From the NCBI GenBank assembly GCA_964016885.1, contig OZ024742.1:306838001-306902000 (forward strand): a stretch of 64,000 bases of DNA. The letters are read 5' to 3'. The notes below the pieces were generated by a model that did no database searches, had not been told where the DNA came from, and saw nothing but the letters and a program-made list of their open reading frames with translations. The stretch is from Eledone cirrhosa. Its lineage: Eukaryota. The translations under genes were made by a program, and so were the position numbers. Below are positions 42,344-58,100 of the stretch, in pieces (the stretch's first letter is position 1; each line of letters opens with the position of its first letter).

Positions 42344-43039
42344 TGTATGTATGCAAAAAGCAAACGGAAACAACAGAGCAAACAACACAGAACAATGAAG
42401 AAATATTTTAACGCTTGGTATAGTAGGAAAAAAGTCTGTTCGTCTGACACTAGTCCCTAGTCGATCATCAAAAGATGATAATTAAAAGATGAAATAGAAA
42501 CATAGTGAGAAAAGCACTATGTATTCATGCGGTCATCCATTTCGGTGAATATACAGACATTCATACATACATGCATACATACATACATACATACATAAAA
42601 ACATACATACATACATACATAAATCGTCAAAGCGATCAGTCGCATATTTTGGCGTGGGAGACTATTTATTAAATTTAAGATGAATACTATCTCCGACAGT
42701 AATGACACCACTACAGTCATGTTAAACAACTGGTTATTCTTCTAACTATATCTTCTGAAGACACCTTTTATTCTAATTCGTAGAGATATCCGACTAAATA
42801 CATAATTCATTTTACAAGGATTTGCTACAAACAGCATGGCTGAACACAACATCAACAACAAAATTAAGGACACATGCATGCATACATACATATCTACCTA
42901 GTTGATGTTGTGGAAATTCCAATGAGAGAGTCTTGTGTCTGTGTTAGAAACCGACTTTCTCTCTATTGGTAAAACTTTGCGAAATTATAAAACCAGAAGA
43001 ACATACATACATACATACATACATACATACATACATACA

Positions 43040-43073
<34 letters not shown>

Positions 43074-43131
43074 CATACATACATACATACATACATACAT
43101 ACATACATACATACATACATACATACATACA

Positions 43132-43461
43132 TACATGATGGCTGCAAACTCTGCTAAGAGTATTGCAATCGCTTGTAACAGATCCTGAACAAGCAATGCC
43201 TGCGCTTTGAAGTTTTTTTTAAAGTGGGGAAAAGCCTTGCACTCGACTAATCTGAGCATCGAAAACACTACCCGAAAAGGAGAACTTGTCAACATCATCG
43301 GATGCTTCCGAAGACGCAGGTTTTTTTTCCAGAGTTTTCCTCTCCTAGAAAGGTGTTGTGACAACAACTGGGGCCTTTCACTCCCAGGTGAAAAAAAAGG
43401 AGAACTATTTGGATGGCCGTTTATTCTGGTGAGTTTCCCCGCCCTTTGCGCCCTATACAAA

Positions 43462-43506
<45 letters not shown>

Positions 43507-43978
43507 ACACACACAAATATATATATATATATATATATATATGTGTATGTATATTGCTTCCACCCCCTCACTGACCAGCAGCTGGCCAGTTGGCCATTGC
43601 TAAATCTGACCTTTATAAAATAACCCACACCCCAAATAACTTCTCATTCACTACCAGAAAGGGACACAGCAGTCAACCTGTTGTTGCTACCTAGATGAAA
43701 ACTACTATGAAATCCCACAATGAATTTTATACTTGAATTTTCAAATCTCAAATTTTAACTCTTCGTATTATTAATTTTTCTTAATATTAATCAACATTTG
43801 AAAAGATGGCTTTTGCAGACCCATCGAAACCGGTCATTTTTTATACCCTTTATTATTTCCTTACCTTATAAAATTATATGTTTTTTCACAAAAAAGTATT
43901 CTGTCTCTTATATATTCCATGTGCCATTACCAACCTCAATTTTCTCTATAACCTTCGTCTTGTGTAGAAAATTACACT

Positions 43979-44019
<41 letters not shown>

Positions 44020-44256
44020 GGAAACATCCGATGATGTTGACCAGTTCTCCTTTTCGTATAGTGCTTTCGATGCTCAGAGAGTGGAATTGGTCGCGTGCAA
44101 GACCTTTCCCAACTTAAAAAACCTTCAAAGCACAGGCACTGCTTGTTCAGGATATGTTAAAGGTTTGTGTGACTGGCCGTAGCCTAAAAGTGCACCACAC
44201 TCTATAATCTGACAATCGATTCCTATGCTCTTGGCAGAATTTGCAGCCATCATGTA
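43132..44256. mobile_element. Element with ~190-240 bp imperfect inverted termini in (TACA)n, carrying a nested pLTR-HHR insert
   Basis: 43132-43315 is approximately the reverse complement of 44016-44256 (catgatggctgcaaa.tctgc.aagag). Confidence 0.65.
43793..43840 (+). ncRNA. Minimal hammerhead, U3-A8 variant (identical to 10881)
   Basis: aacat-TTGAAAA-gatgg..ccatc-GAAA-ccgg-TC-atttt. Confidence 0.7.
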
Positions 44257-45764
44257 TCTATGTATGAATGCATACAGTAGAGTCAAGAATGCTAAATGTA
44301 GCGAGTGTCAAATTTACAGAATTGTCATACATAGAAATCACAAGTGAGGAAAACAAGTACTACTTTCTGAAGTAAGGATGGAAGCTTGACCCAATGCAAA
44401 CTCGTCAAAGTAGCGGCCATATCTTAATATAGATAGATCTTTTTAAAGAAGGAGATTTGTTTATAACATTAGCTTGTGTGCGTGTGCTTGTATATAGTAT
44501 AGGTTTCTCGTGAAAGCTCTTCAAATAACTGGAATTATATCCCTTTGTTATGTATAGGTCTAAATCAGTATTTGACTTGAAATAGCTCATTGAATAAACT
44601 TTGTTGAGATGTAAAATTCATCAAGATTGCATTATAAATACCTCCCTCCGCACTCCCGTGTTTAAACAAACTCCGAAAAATGTGCGTCAATATGAAGAAT
44701 TATATAATAATTTGAATCAATTTTTATGATAGGAGTTGTCACCCTTGTTTATTTTTTTCTGCATTTGAATGCCCTGCCTAAACAGTATGATACTTGTTAG
44801 CAGATAATCTGTCGATATTTTTTAGGCTCTAATGGTGGTGATGAAAAACATTTTGATGATGATGATACTGATGTGTGTATGTGTGTGTTTGTGTGTGTGT
44901 ATGTGTGTGTTTGTGTTTGTGTGTGTGTGTTATTTTGTGATTGTTATGACTGACGAAGATAAGAACACAGTTTTTCGTGTTTAAAGTGGTAGTATGTGGT
45001 AGTGAAGTGGATAGAAATAGTGGTTGCTTTTTATTTTTCATAATTTTAGTAATACAACGAAGACTATGTTGATATGGGGGAGACGTGGAGATGACTAGGA
45101 GAAATGTGAGGTCGATGATAAGGGAGGAAGGAAGCTTTCGCCATAGTAGTATTTGCTGTCGTTTACTTTACTTGTCTGTTGTTGTTGTCGTTGCTGATGA
45201 TGATGATCTTTTGACTGTTCTGCTTGCTGTTTTAGTTGCTTTAGTCTTTGTTGTTTTGTCATTTGATGTTCGTCTATTTTGGTTGATATTTTTTTTATTT
45301 GTTATATTGTTGTTTGTCTAACAGTAAAAAGTAATCAGGTTTATTTGTTTGATTTCCATAACCATTATCATTTTAGTCCGTTCCTTTGTTCAGTTAGTAT
45401 CTACTTTCGAAGGTTGCAGTCTATTAAACAGACTGCTATATAGTACTGGTGTTTAGGTTGCTGCTTTCAGTTTTCTCGGGTAGTTTTTTTCTTTGTGTGT
45501 GGTTGAGTATATTTCATTTTTTTTTTTCTTATATTCTCGCTTCTTTCCCCGTCTTTTCCCTTCTTTCTTTTGGTAGCTTTCATTGAAAGACATTGTTCGA
45601 GAGTTGGGAAACGGGGGAAAGATATAGGTTATGGCATTGTGTTAGGTTAGGGGGATTCTGTTTATTCTGTTTCTGGTGATTGCGATGCTCTCTGTGTTAC
45701 TGTTGCTGGACATTTGTGGGATTTGTAAGTTTTAGCGTTGCTGGTGTTGCTGCTGCTACTACTG

Positions 45765-46420
45765 CTATTGCTGCTGCTGCTGTTGCTGCTGCTGTCGCTT
45801 GTTTGCTTGTTTTTCTGCTCTTGTTATTACTGCTCTTGCTACGTCATTAGTTGATATTCTTTTTGGTTGTGCATAGTGTTGGGTGATTGCCAGGAGTATT
45901 CTAGCTGCCTTTTCGTGTGGGAAAATCCTTGCGGTGATTGCTGATATCACACAGTTGGCACCCTAGCCTTCAGCTCTCTGTACTCCCGTGCAGTTGGTTG
46001 TCTCCAGACAAGCTGATAAGGTCTGATAGCTTCCATGATATCTTCATTATTTCGATTCAAAAGCTTTATCTCCGTACCTGTCGAATTTTCTTTTCGTAGC
46101 TTTTGGACTAGGAAGATTTCTGACTTGTTTGTACTTCCTGCCAGAAGTTCTGGAAACAGCCAATATATGTCATTTCCATGTGGCATGTCGATAGTTGTTA
46201 TATTTGCACCGTGCTTCTCGTAATAAGAAGGTATAGCAATTTGGGAGAAGGCGTTTTTGGCCTCCGTGTCGGGCGGAAATTCACCGTTACTGTGACTAAC
46301 TTGTACCCTGGTGTATGTAGTCTTTTGCGAAGTTGTTTCCTAGATATCTTTCAATTTGATCCTTGCTAACTCATTCTAGTCTCTGGGGTTATACTCCTAT
46401 ACATTTGTAGATGACCGTAT
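45765..46420 (-). pseudogene. Possible decayed non-LTR ORF1 (gag-like) remnant
   Basis: Broken frames; a zinc-knuckle-like CQLCDISNHRKDFP near 45915-45960 followed by Q-rich low-complexity sequence. Confidence 0.3.
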
Positions 46421-47108
46421 TTATTTCCCTTTCCTAGGGAACCTGTTCTATCTCCTTTCCTTCAATCAAACACCGAAGCCCTAGAAATTTCAAGCCCTTC
46501 TTTCCTATACTGAACAGTAAAAAGAAAGTTCTACGTCGTTGATGATAATCAAATAAAACTTTCACTATAGACTGGGCTCGGGTTTAATATATAAATTACT
46601 ATAAAACTGCCCTAGTAAATTGCGCCAAGGCAATCAAGAAGTTAATTAAAATCGCTAATGTTATGATCGATAAAAAGACAGAAAAAGAGAATTAGACGAA
46701 ACATAGACAAGTATTTATGAATTAATGAGTACAATGTGTAGGAAATAGAGAGAAGGATAGGAAGGAATATTATAGACGTGTCGGCTTAATATATAAATCA
46801 AAGCAAAATGCAGAAAAATATGTAGCTAATAGATATCAATATGTTATAATATAATATTCCCAACTGAATACTAAGTGAATTAGAAGGACTAGACAGAAAA
46901 AGAAGAAAAATACAGATTTTGAAAATTTGGCATATATAATTGTTTTTACTTTTTGGCACAAGGCCAGCAATTTACTATGCATATAGGGAGATAGTGGTAC
47001 TCTGCAACAAGGACACAATTATAAAATATTCTTTGAGGTTTTTTTATCCTCGTCTTCTCATTTAGGGAATATGGTTTCGACAATTCGATACAATTCAGGC
47101 CAGTCTCT

Positions 47109-47187
<79 letters not shown>

Positions 47188-47275
47188 TATGTGTATATAT
47201 ATATATATTTATATCTCTCTATCTATCTAGCTATATTTCTCTCTCTCTTTCTCTCTCTTTTTCTCTCTTTTTCTC

Positions 47276-47306
<31 letters not shown>

Positions 47307-47314
47307 CTTTCTAT

Positions 47315-47414
<100 letters not shown>

Positions 47415-49142
47415 TGCCCCATATAAAACGAACTCCTTCAACTCGCCTTCAAGTGTTCACATGTTCGTTGCTTGTCCGTTAAGCTTTTCACTTTGCAGGT
47501 AGTTTCCATCTTAATGCTACACGGTGTATTTTGTGATGTTCCATTAGGCCGAATAATTATCAAGAGAAAGAAATAGGAAATATTGTTTACCCAATGAATG
47601 GTTACGCTAAGGTTTAGAAAATCTCAGATTCACCTCTAAGAGCGTCACTTATGTCTATTGATCTTTTATAAAAATTGCATTTGAGTAGAGACATGATAGT
47701 TATTTAGAATACATATATGTTGTGCTACTCGCCTTGATTGATTTTGAAATAGTCTATATTAAGTATCACAGTGAAATTATTTTATATATTCTGAAAATAT
47801 CAATAAACAAGACACTGGTACATATTTAAAGAGACTTATACATATTTACATGTAAGAAACATTTGCAAAGGATGATATATTATTAAGTGAAGAAAAATGT
47901 ATGAAAAAAGTTAACAAAATCGTTTGAAAAAATTATTTTCTCATGAAAAGAATTATGTAAGCAAACAACAAATTAAAAATAGAGAATAGTTCCAAAGTAT
48001 TGTTTTTTTAAGATAATGGATAATTAACAATGAGATCTTTATAGAATATTTTCGTGAAACGATCCAAATGGAAAGATTTTGAATATAGTAAATCAAACGA
48101 AATATCGGTAAGAAATAATTGCAAATGAAATAAATGTATAAAAAGAATGTATTTACGAATCTATTAAGAAAATAAGTGTTAATTACCCGAAACAATAGAT
48201 AGAATGTAAAATTATTGAGAATAGACAAAGTAAACGAAACGAAAGAGAATTTGAAAAAAAATAGATAGATAAATATAAAAACTGAAATGGTAATTGAGAA
48301 GAGTTGATAAGTAGTTAAAACGCCTTTCTTTTCTGATGCGAATTTGGGAAAAAAGGAAACAACAAAAAACAACGTAAGGCAGATTGTTTACGTAGGTTGA
48401 AGGTTTTGTACGGTTTCTGAAAAATAAATTAAAATGTGTGGCATTCGTACCCTTTCAAAGGTATAAGTGAAGTAAGTGCAGATGTATTGTCAGAAAGACA
48501 ACATTGCATTCAAAACAATGCAAAATCTATATTTTTTCATAAAATAACAATAAGCACCAGCAAGGGTTCTCCAACGCAGCTGATTGAATAGCTAGAAATA
48601 GCAGTGACTCTCCCTCAAATCACACACACCTATCATAAAAAGAAAATTGCATATTCGATAATACTGTTCCAGATATATTATGTTTGGACACATCGAGTTA
48701 TCGTTGGACCTCCGTGGGTTTCAACAATCGTTTTTCCCGTTATTTTATCAGCCAGATCATGAAATTAACGTATAATTGACCGACCTTTCCACAGAAACAC
48801 GTAAACTTAACGTAACTGTCAGGGAGATCCAGGTGCAGCCCATGTAACCGGCTTCTAAACAATCTTCGTTCACCCAATTTTCCTCATACAACATGAGTCA
48901 ACTCTAGGCTATTGCATATGACACATGCCCAACATACGACTCAGTGACATCGAACACGGGATTTGATAATTATAAAACGCATTTCTTAGCCATTTAAGCA
49001 TGCTGCGTTCACAGGCTTTGGTAGAAAATACGATAGTTATGGTTCAAACGACCTTAATTAGGAATGATATGAAAGAAAGCAACAATATATACGAAATTAA
49101 ATCTTTCTAACATCCTTTTGTTTTCTTTAACATGCAACTCCT

Positions 49143-52100
49143 CGCGCTGTAGTAACATACAGCATTTCTTGGGTATTTATCGTGTTGTAGTAACATACAG
49201 CATTTCTCGGGTGTTTATCGTGCTGTAGTAACATACAGCATTTCTCGGGTATTTATCGTGCTGTAGTAACATACAGCATTTCTTGGGTGTTTAACGTGCT
49301 GTAGTAACATACAGCATTCCTCGGGTATTTATCGTGCTGTAGTAACATACAGCATTTCTTGGGTGTTTATCGTGTTGTAGTAACATACAGCATTTCTTGG
49401 GTATTTATCGTGTTGTAGTAACATACAGCATTTCTCGGGTATTTATCGTGTTGTAGTAACATACAGCATTTCTCGGGTATTTATCGTGTTGTAGTAACAT
49501 ACAGCATTTCTTGGGTATTTATCGTGCTGTAGTAACATACAGCATTTCTTGGGTGTTTATCGTGCTGTAGTAACATTCAGCATTTCTTGGGTATTTATCG
49601 TGTTGTAGTAACATTCAGCATTTCTTGGGTATTTATCGTGCTGTAGTAACATTCAGCATTTCTTGGGTATTTATCGTGTTGTAGTAACATACAGCATTTC
49701 TTGGGTGTTTATCGTGTTGTAGTAACATACAGCATTTCTTGGGTATTTATCGTGTTGTAGTAACATTCAGCATTTCTTGGGTATTTATCGTGTTGTAGTA
49801 ACATACAGCATTTCTTGGGTATTTATCGTGTTGTAGTAACATTCAGAAATTCTTGGGTATTTATCGTGCTGTAGTAACATACAGCATTTCTTGGGTGTTT
49901 ATCGTGTTGTAGTAACATTCAGAATTTCTTGGGTATTTATCGTGTTGTAGTAACATACAGCATTTCTTGGGTATTTATCGTGTTGTAGTAACATACAGCA
50001 TTTCTCGGGTATTTATCGTGCTGTAGTAACATACAGCATTTCTTGGGTATTTATCGTGTTGTAGTAACATACAGCATTTCTTGGGTATTTATCGTGTTGT
50101 AGTAACATACAGCATTTCTTGGGTATTTATCGTGTTGTAGTAACATTCAGCATTTCTTGGGTATTTATCGTGCTGTAGTAACATACAGCATTTCTTGGGT
50201 ATTTATCGTGTTGTAGTAACATACAGCATTTCTTGGGTATTTATCGTGTTGTAGTAACATACAGCATTTCTCGGGTATTTATCGTGCTGTAGTAACATAC
50301 AGCATTTCTTGGGTATTTATCGTGTTGTAGTAACATACAGCATTTCTTGGGTATTTATCGTGTTGTAGTAACATACAGCATTTCTTGGGTATTTATCGTG
50401 CTGTAGTAACATACAGCATTTCTTGGGTATTTTTCGTGTTGTAGTAACATTCAGCATTTCTTGGGTATTTATCGTGTTGTAGTAACATACAGCATTTCTT
50501 GGGTATTTATCGTGCTGTAGTAACATATAGCATTTCTTGGGTATTCATCGTGTTGTAGTAACATTCAGAATTTCTTGGGCATTTAACGTGCTGTAGTAAC
50601 ATTCAGCATTTCTTGGGTATTTATCGTGTTGTAGTAACATTCAGCATTTCTTGGGTATTTATCGTGCTGTAGTAACATTCAGAATTTCTTGGGTATTTAT
50701 CGTGTTGTAGTAACATTCAGAATTTCTTGGGTATTTATCGTGTTGTAGTAACATTCAGCATTTCTTGGGTATTTATCGTGTTGTAGTAACATTCACCATT
50801 TCTTGGGTATTTATCGTGCTGTAGTAACATTCAGCATTTCTTGGGTATTCATCGTGTTGTAGTAACATTCAGCATTTCTTGGGTATTTATCGTGTTGTAG
50901 TAACATACAGCATTTCTTGGGTGTTTATCGTGTTGTAGTAACATTCAGGATTTCTTGGGTATTTATCGTGTTGTATTAACATACAGCATTTCTTGGGTAT
51001 TTATCCTGTTGTAGTAACATTCAGCATTTCTTGGGTATTCATCGTGTTGTAGTAACATTCAGAATTTCTTGGGTATTTATCGTGCTGTAGTAACATACAG
51101 CATTTCTTGGGTGTTTATCGTGTTGTAGAAACATACAGCAATTCTTGGGTATTTATTGTGTTGTAGTAACATACAGCATTTCTTGGGTATTTATCGTGTT
51201 GTAGTAACATACAGCATTTCTTGTGTATTTATCGTCTTGTAGTAACATACAGCATTTCTTGGGTGTTTATCGTGCTGTAGTAACATACAGCATTTCTTGG
51301 GTATTTATCGTGTTGTAGTAACATACAGCAATTCTTGGGTATTTATCGTGTTGTAGTAACATACAGCATTTCTTGGTTATTTATCGTGCTGTAGTAACAT
51401 ACAGCATTTCTTGGGTGTTTATCGTGCTGTAGTAACATACAGCATTTCTTGTGTATTTATCGTCTTGTAGTAACATTCAGCATTTCTTGGGTATTTATCG
51501 TGCTGTAGTAACATTCAGCATTTCTTGGGTATTTATCGTCTTGTAGTAACATACAGCATTTCTTGGGTATTTATCGTGTTGTAGTAACATACAGCAATTC
51601 TTGGGTATTTATTGTGTTGTAGTAACATACAGCATTTCTTGGGTATTTATCGTGCTGTAGTAACATACAGCATTTCTTGGGTGATTATCGTGCCGTAGTA
51701 ACATACAGCATTTCTTGGGTATTTATCGTGTTGTAGTAACATACAGCATTTCTTGGGTATTTATCGTGTTGTAGTAACATACAGCATTTCTTGGGTATTT
51801 ATCGTGTTGTAGTAACATTCAGCATTTCTTGGGTATTTATCGTGCTGTAGTAACATACAGAATTTCTTGGGTATTTATCGTGTTGTAGTAACATATAGCA
51901 TTTCTTGGGTATTCATCGTGTTGTAGTAACATACAGCATTTCTTGGGTGTTTATCGTGTTGTAGTAACATTCAGAATTTCTTGGGTATTTATCGTGTTGT
52001 AGTAACATTCAGCATTTCTTGGGTATTCATCGTGCTGTAGTAACATTCAGAATTTCTTGGGTATTTATCGTGTTGTAGTAACATTCAGCATTTCTTGGGT

Positions 52101-55100
52101 ATTTATCGTGCTGTAGTAACATTCAGCATTTCTTGGGTATTCATCGTGTTGTAGTAACATTCAGAATTTCTTGGGTATTTATCGTGCTGTAGTAACATTC
52201 AGCATTTCTTGGGTATTTATCGTGTTGTAGTAACATTCAGCATTTCTTGGGTATTTATCGTGCTGTAGTAACATTCAGAATTTCTTGGGTATTTATCGTG
52301 TTGTAGTAACATTCAGAATTTCTTGGGTATTTATCGTGTTGTAGTAACATTCAGCATTTCTTGGGTATTTATCGTGTTGTAGTAACATTCAACAATTCTT
52401 GGGTATTTATCGTGTTGTAGTAACATTCAGCATTTCTTGGGTATTTATCGTGTTGTAGTAACATTCAGCATTTCTTGGGTATTTATCGTGTTGTAGTAAC
52501 ATTCAGCATTTTTTGGGTATTTATCGTGTTGTAGTAACATTCAGCATTTCTTGGGTATTTATCGTGCTGTAGTAACATTCAGCATTTCTTGGGTATTCAT
52601 CGTGTTGTAGTAACATTCAGCATTTCTTGGGTATTTATCGTGCTGTAGTAACATACAGCATTTCTTGGGTATTTATCGTGTTGTAGTAACATTCAGCATT
52701 TCTTGGGTATTTATCGTGTTGTAGTAACATACAGCATTTCTTGGGTATTTATCGTGTAGTAACATGCAGCATTTCTTGAGTATTTATCGTGTTGTAGTAA
52801 CATTCAGCATTTCTTGGGTATTTATCGTGTTGTAGTAACATACAGCATTTCTTGGGTGTTTATCGTGTTGTAGTAACATACAGCATTTCTTGGGTATTTA
52901 TCGTGTTGTAGTAACATTCAGCATTTCTTGGGTATTTATCCTGTTGTAGTAATATTCAGCATTTCTTGGGTATTCATCGTGTTGTAGTAACATTCAGAAT
53001 TTCTTTGGTATTTATCGTGCTGTAGTAACATACAGCATTTCTTGGGTGTTTATCGTGCTGTAGTAAGATTCAGCATTTCTTGGGTATTTATCGTGTTGTA
53101 GTAACATACAGCAATTCTTGGGTATTTATCGTGTTGTAGTAACATACAGCATTTCTTGGGTATTTATCGTGTTGTAGTAACATACAGCATTTCTTGGGTA
53201 TTTATCGTGCTGTATTAACATACAGCATTTCTTGGGTGTCTATCGTGCTGTAGTAACATACAGCATTTCTTGGGTATTTATCGTGTTGTAGTAACATTCA
53301 GCATTTCTTGGGTGTTTATCGTGCTGTAGTAACATTCAGCATTTCTTGGGTATTTATCGTGCTGTAGTAACATTCAGCATTTCTTGGGTATTTATCGTGC
53401 TGTAGTAACATACAGCATTTCTTGGGTGTTTATCGTGCTGTAGTAACATTCAGCATTTCTTGGGTATTTATCGTGCTGTAGTAACATACAGCATTTCTTG
53501 GGTATTTATCGTCTTGTAGTAACATACAGCATTTCTTGGGTGTTTATCGTGCTGTAGTAACATACAGCATTTCTTGGGTATTTATCGTGTTGTAGTAACA
53601 TACAGCAATTCTTGGGTATTTATCGTGTTGTAGTAACATACAGCATTTCTTGGGTGTTTATCGTGCTGTAGTAACATTCAGCATTTCTTGGGTGTTTATC
53701 GTGTTGTAGTAACATACAGCAATTCTTGGGTATTTATCGTGTTGTAGTAACATACAGCATTTCTTGGGTATTTATCGTGCTGTAGTAACATACAGCATTT
53801 CTTGGGTATTTATCGTGCTGTAGTAACATACAGCATTTCTTGGGTATTTATCGTCTTGTAGTAACATACAGCATTTCTTGGGTGTTTATCGTGTTGTAGT
53901 AACATACAGCATTTCTTGGGTATTTATCGTGTTGTAATAACATACAGCATTTGTTGGGTATTTATCGTGTTGTAATAACATACAGCAATTCTTGGGTAAT
54001 TATCGTGTTGTAGTAACATACAGCATTTCTTGGGTATTTATCGTGTTGTAGTAACATACAGCATTTCTTGGGTGTTTATCGTGCTGTAGTAACATTCAGA
54101 ATTTCTTGGGTATTTATCGTCTTGTAGTAACATACAGCATTCCTTGGGTATTTATCGTGTTGTAATAACATACAGCATTTCTTGGGTATTTATCGTGTTG
54201 TAATAACATACAGCAATTCTTGGGTAATTATCGTGTTGTAGTAACATACAGCATTTCTTGGGTATTTATCGTGTTGTAGTAACATACAGCATTTCTTGGG
54301 TGTTTATCGTGCTATAGTAACATACAGCATTTCTTGGGTATTTAACGTGCTGTAGTAACATACAGCATTTCTTGGGTGTTTATCGTGTTGTAGTAACATT
54401 CAGCAATCCATGCGTATTTATCGTGTTGTAGTAACATACAGCATTTCTTGGGTATTTATCGTGTTGTAGTAACATACAGCATTTCTTGGGTATTTATCGT
54501 GCTGTAGTAACATACAGCATTTCTTGGGTATTTATCGTGCTGTAGTAACATTCAGCATTTCTTGCGTATTTATCGTGTTGTAGTAACATACAGCATTTCT
54601 TGGGTATTTATCGTGTTGTAGTAACATACAGCATTTCTTGGGTATTTAACGTGCTGTAGTAACATACAGCATTTCTTGGGTGTTTATCGTGTTGTAGTAA
54701 CATTCAGCATTTCATGCGCATTTATCGTGTTGTAGTAACATACAGCATTTCTTGGGTATTTATCGTGTTGTAGTAACATACAGCATTTCTTGGGTATTTA
54801 TCGTGCTGTAGTAACATACAGCAATTCTTGGGTATTTATTGTGTTGTAGTAACATACAGCATTTCTTGGGTATTTATCGTGCTGTAGTAACATACAGCAT
54901 TTCTTGGGTGATTATCGTGCCGTAGTAACATACAGCATTTCTTGGGTATTTATCGTGTTGTAGTAACATACAGCATTTCTTGGGTATTTATCGTGTTGTA
55001 GTAACATACAGCATTTCTTGGGTATTTATCGTGTTGTAGTAACATTCAGCATTTCTTGGGTATTTATCGTGCTGTAGTAACATACAGAATTTCTTGGGTA

Positions 55101-58100
55101 TTTATCGTGTTGTAGTAACATATAGCATTTCTTGGGTATTCATCGTGTTGTAGTAACATACAGCATTTCTTGGGTGTTTATCGTGTTGTAGTAACATTCA
55201 GAATTTCTTGGGTATTTATCGTGTTGTAGTAACATTCAGCATTTCTTGGGTATTCATCGTGCTGTAGTAACATTCAGAATTTCTTGGGTATTTATCGTGT
55301 TGTAGTAACATTCAGCATTTCTTGGGTGTTTATCGTGCTGTAGTAACATTCAGAATTTCTTTGGTATTTATCGTGCTGTAGTAACATACGGCATTTCTTG
55401 GGTGTTTATCGTGCTGTAGTAAGATTCAGCATTTCTTGGGTATTTATCGTGTTGTAGTAACATACAGCAATTCTTGGGTATTTATCGTGTTGTAGTAACA
55501 TACAGCATTTCTTGGGTATTTATCGTGTTGTAGTAACATACAGCATTTCTTGGGTATTTATCGTGCTGTATTAACATACAGCATTTCTTGGGTGTCTATC
55601 GTGCTGTAGTAACATACAGCATTTCTTGGGTATTTATCGTGTTGTAGTAACATTCAGCATTTCTTGGGTGTTTATCGTGCTGTAGTAACATTCAGCATTT
55701 CTTGGGTATTTATCGTGCTGTAGTAACATTCAGCATTTCTTGGGTATTTATCGTGCTGTAGTAACATACAGCATTTCTTGGGTGTTTATCGTGCTGTAGT
55801 AACATTCAGCATTTCTTGGGTATTTATCGTGCTGTAGTAACATACAGCATTTCTTGGGTATTTATCGTCTTGTAGTAACATACAGCATTTCTTGGGTGTT
55901 TATCGTGCTGTAGTAACATACAGCATTTCTTGGGTATTTATCGTGTTGTAGTAACATACAGCAATTCTTGGGTATTTATCGTGTTGTAGTAACATACAGC
56001 ATTTCTTGGGTGTTTATCGTGCTGTAGTAACATTCAGCATTTCTTGGGTGTTTATCGTGTTGTAGTAACATACAGCAATTCTTGGGTATTTATCGTGTTG
56101 TAGTAACATACAGCATTTCTTGGGTATTTATCGTGCTGTAGTAACATACAGCATTTCTTGGGTATTTATCGTGCTGTAGTAACATACAGCATTTCTTGGG
56201 TATTTATCGTCTTGTAGTAACATACAGCATTTCTTGGGTGTTTATCGTGTTGTAGTAACATACAGCATTTCTTGGGTATTTATCGTGTTGTAATAACATA
56301 CAGCATTTGTTGGGTATTTATCGTGTTGTAATAACATACAGCAATTCTTGGGTAATTATCGTGTTGTAGTAACATACAGCATTTCTTGGGTATTTATCGT
56401 GTTGTAGTAACATACAGCATTTCTTGGGTGTTTATCGTGCTGTAGTAACATACAGCATTTCTTGGGTATTTATCGTCTTGTAGTAACATACAGCATTCCT
56501 TGGGTATTTATCGTGTTGTAGTAACATTCAGCATTTCTTGGGTATTCATCGTGCTGTAGTAACATTCAGAATTTCTTGGGTATTTATCGTGTTGTAGTAA
56601 CATTCAGCATTTCTTGGGTATTTATCGTGCTGTAGTAACATTCAGCATTTCTTGGGTATTCATCGTGTTGTAGTAACATTCAGAATTTCTTGGGTATTTA
56701 TCGTGCTGTAGTAACATTCAGCATTTCTTGGGTATTTATCGTGTTGTAGTAACATTCAGCATTTCTTGGGTATTTATCGTGCTGTAGTAACATTCAGAAT
56801 TTCTTGGGTATTTATCGTGTTGTAGTAACATTCAGAATTTCTTGGGTATTTATCGTGTTGTAGTAACATTCAGCATTTCTTGGGTATTTATCGTGTTGTA
56901 GTAACATTCAGCAATTCTTGGGTATTTATCGTGTTGTAGTAACATTCAGCATTTCTTGGGTATTTATCGTGTTGTAGTAACATTCAGCATTTCTTGGGTA
57001 TTTATCGTGTTGTAGTAACATTCAGCATTTCTTGGGTATTTATCGTGTTGTAGTAACATTCAGCATTTCTTGGGTATTTATCGTGCTGTAGTAACATTCA
57101 GCATTTCTTGGGTATTCATCGTGTTGTAGTAACATTCAGCATTTCTTGGGTATTTATCGTGCTGTAGTAACATACAGCATTTCTTGGGTATTTATCGTGT
57201 TGTAGTAACATTCAGCATTTCTTGGGTATTTATCGTGTTGTAGTAACATACAGCATTTCTTGGGTATTTATCGTGTAGTAACATGCAGCATTTCTTGAGT
57301 ATTTATCGTGTTGTAGTAACATTCAGCATTTCTTGGGTATTTATCGTGTTGTAGTAACATACAGCATTTCTTGGGTGTTTATCGTGTTGTAGTAACATAC
57401 AGCATTTCTTGGGTATTTATCGTGTTGTAGTAACATTCAGCATTTCTTGGGTATTTATCCTGTTGTAGTAACATTCAGCATTTCTTGGGTATTCATCGTG
57501 TTGTAGTAACATTCAGAATTTCTTTGGTATTTATCGTGCTGTAGTAACATACGGCATTTCTTGGGTGTTTATCGTGCTGTAGTAAGATTCAGCATTTCTT
57601 GGGTATTTATCGTGTTGTAGTAACATACAGCAATTCTTGGGTATTTATCGTGTTGTAGTAACATACAGCATTTCTTGGGTATTTATCGTGTTGTAGTAAC
57701 ATACAGCATTTCTTGGGTATTTATCGTGCTGTATTAACATACAGCATTTCTTGGGTGTCTATCGTGCTGTAGTAACATACAGCATTTCTTGGGTATTTAT
57801 CGTGTTGTAGTAACATTCAGCATTTCTTGGGTGTTTATCGTGCTGTAGTAACATTCAGCATTTCTTGGGTATTTATCGTGCTGTAGTAACATTCAGCATT
57901 TCTTGGGTATTTATCGTGCTGTAGTAACATACAGCATTTCTTGGGTGTTTATCGTGCTGTAGTAACATTCAGCATTTCTTGGGTATTTATCGTGCTGTAG
58001 TAACATACAGCATTTCTTGGGTATTTATCGTCTTGCAGTAACATACAGCATTTCTTGGGTGTTTATCGTGCTGTAGTAACATACAGCATTTCTTGGGTAT

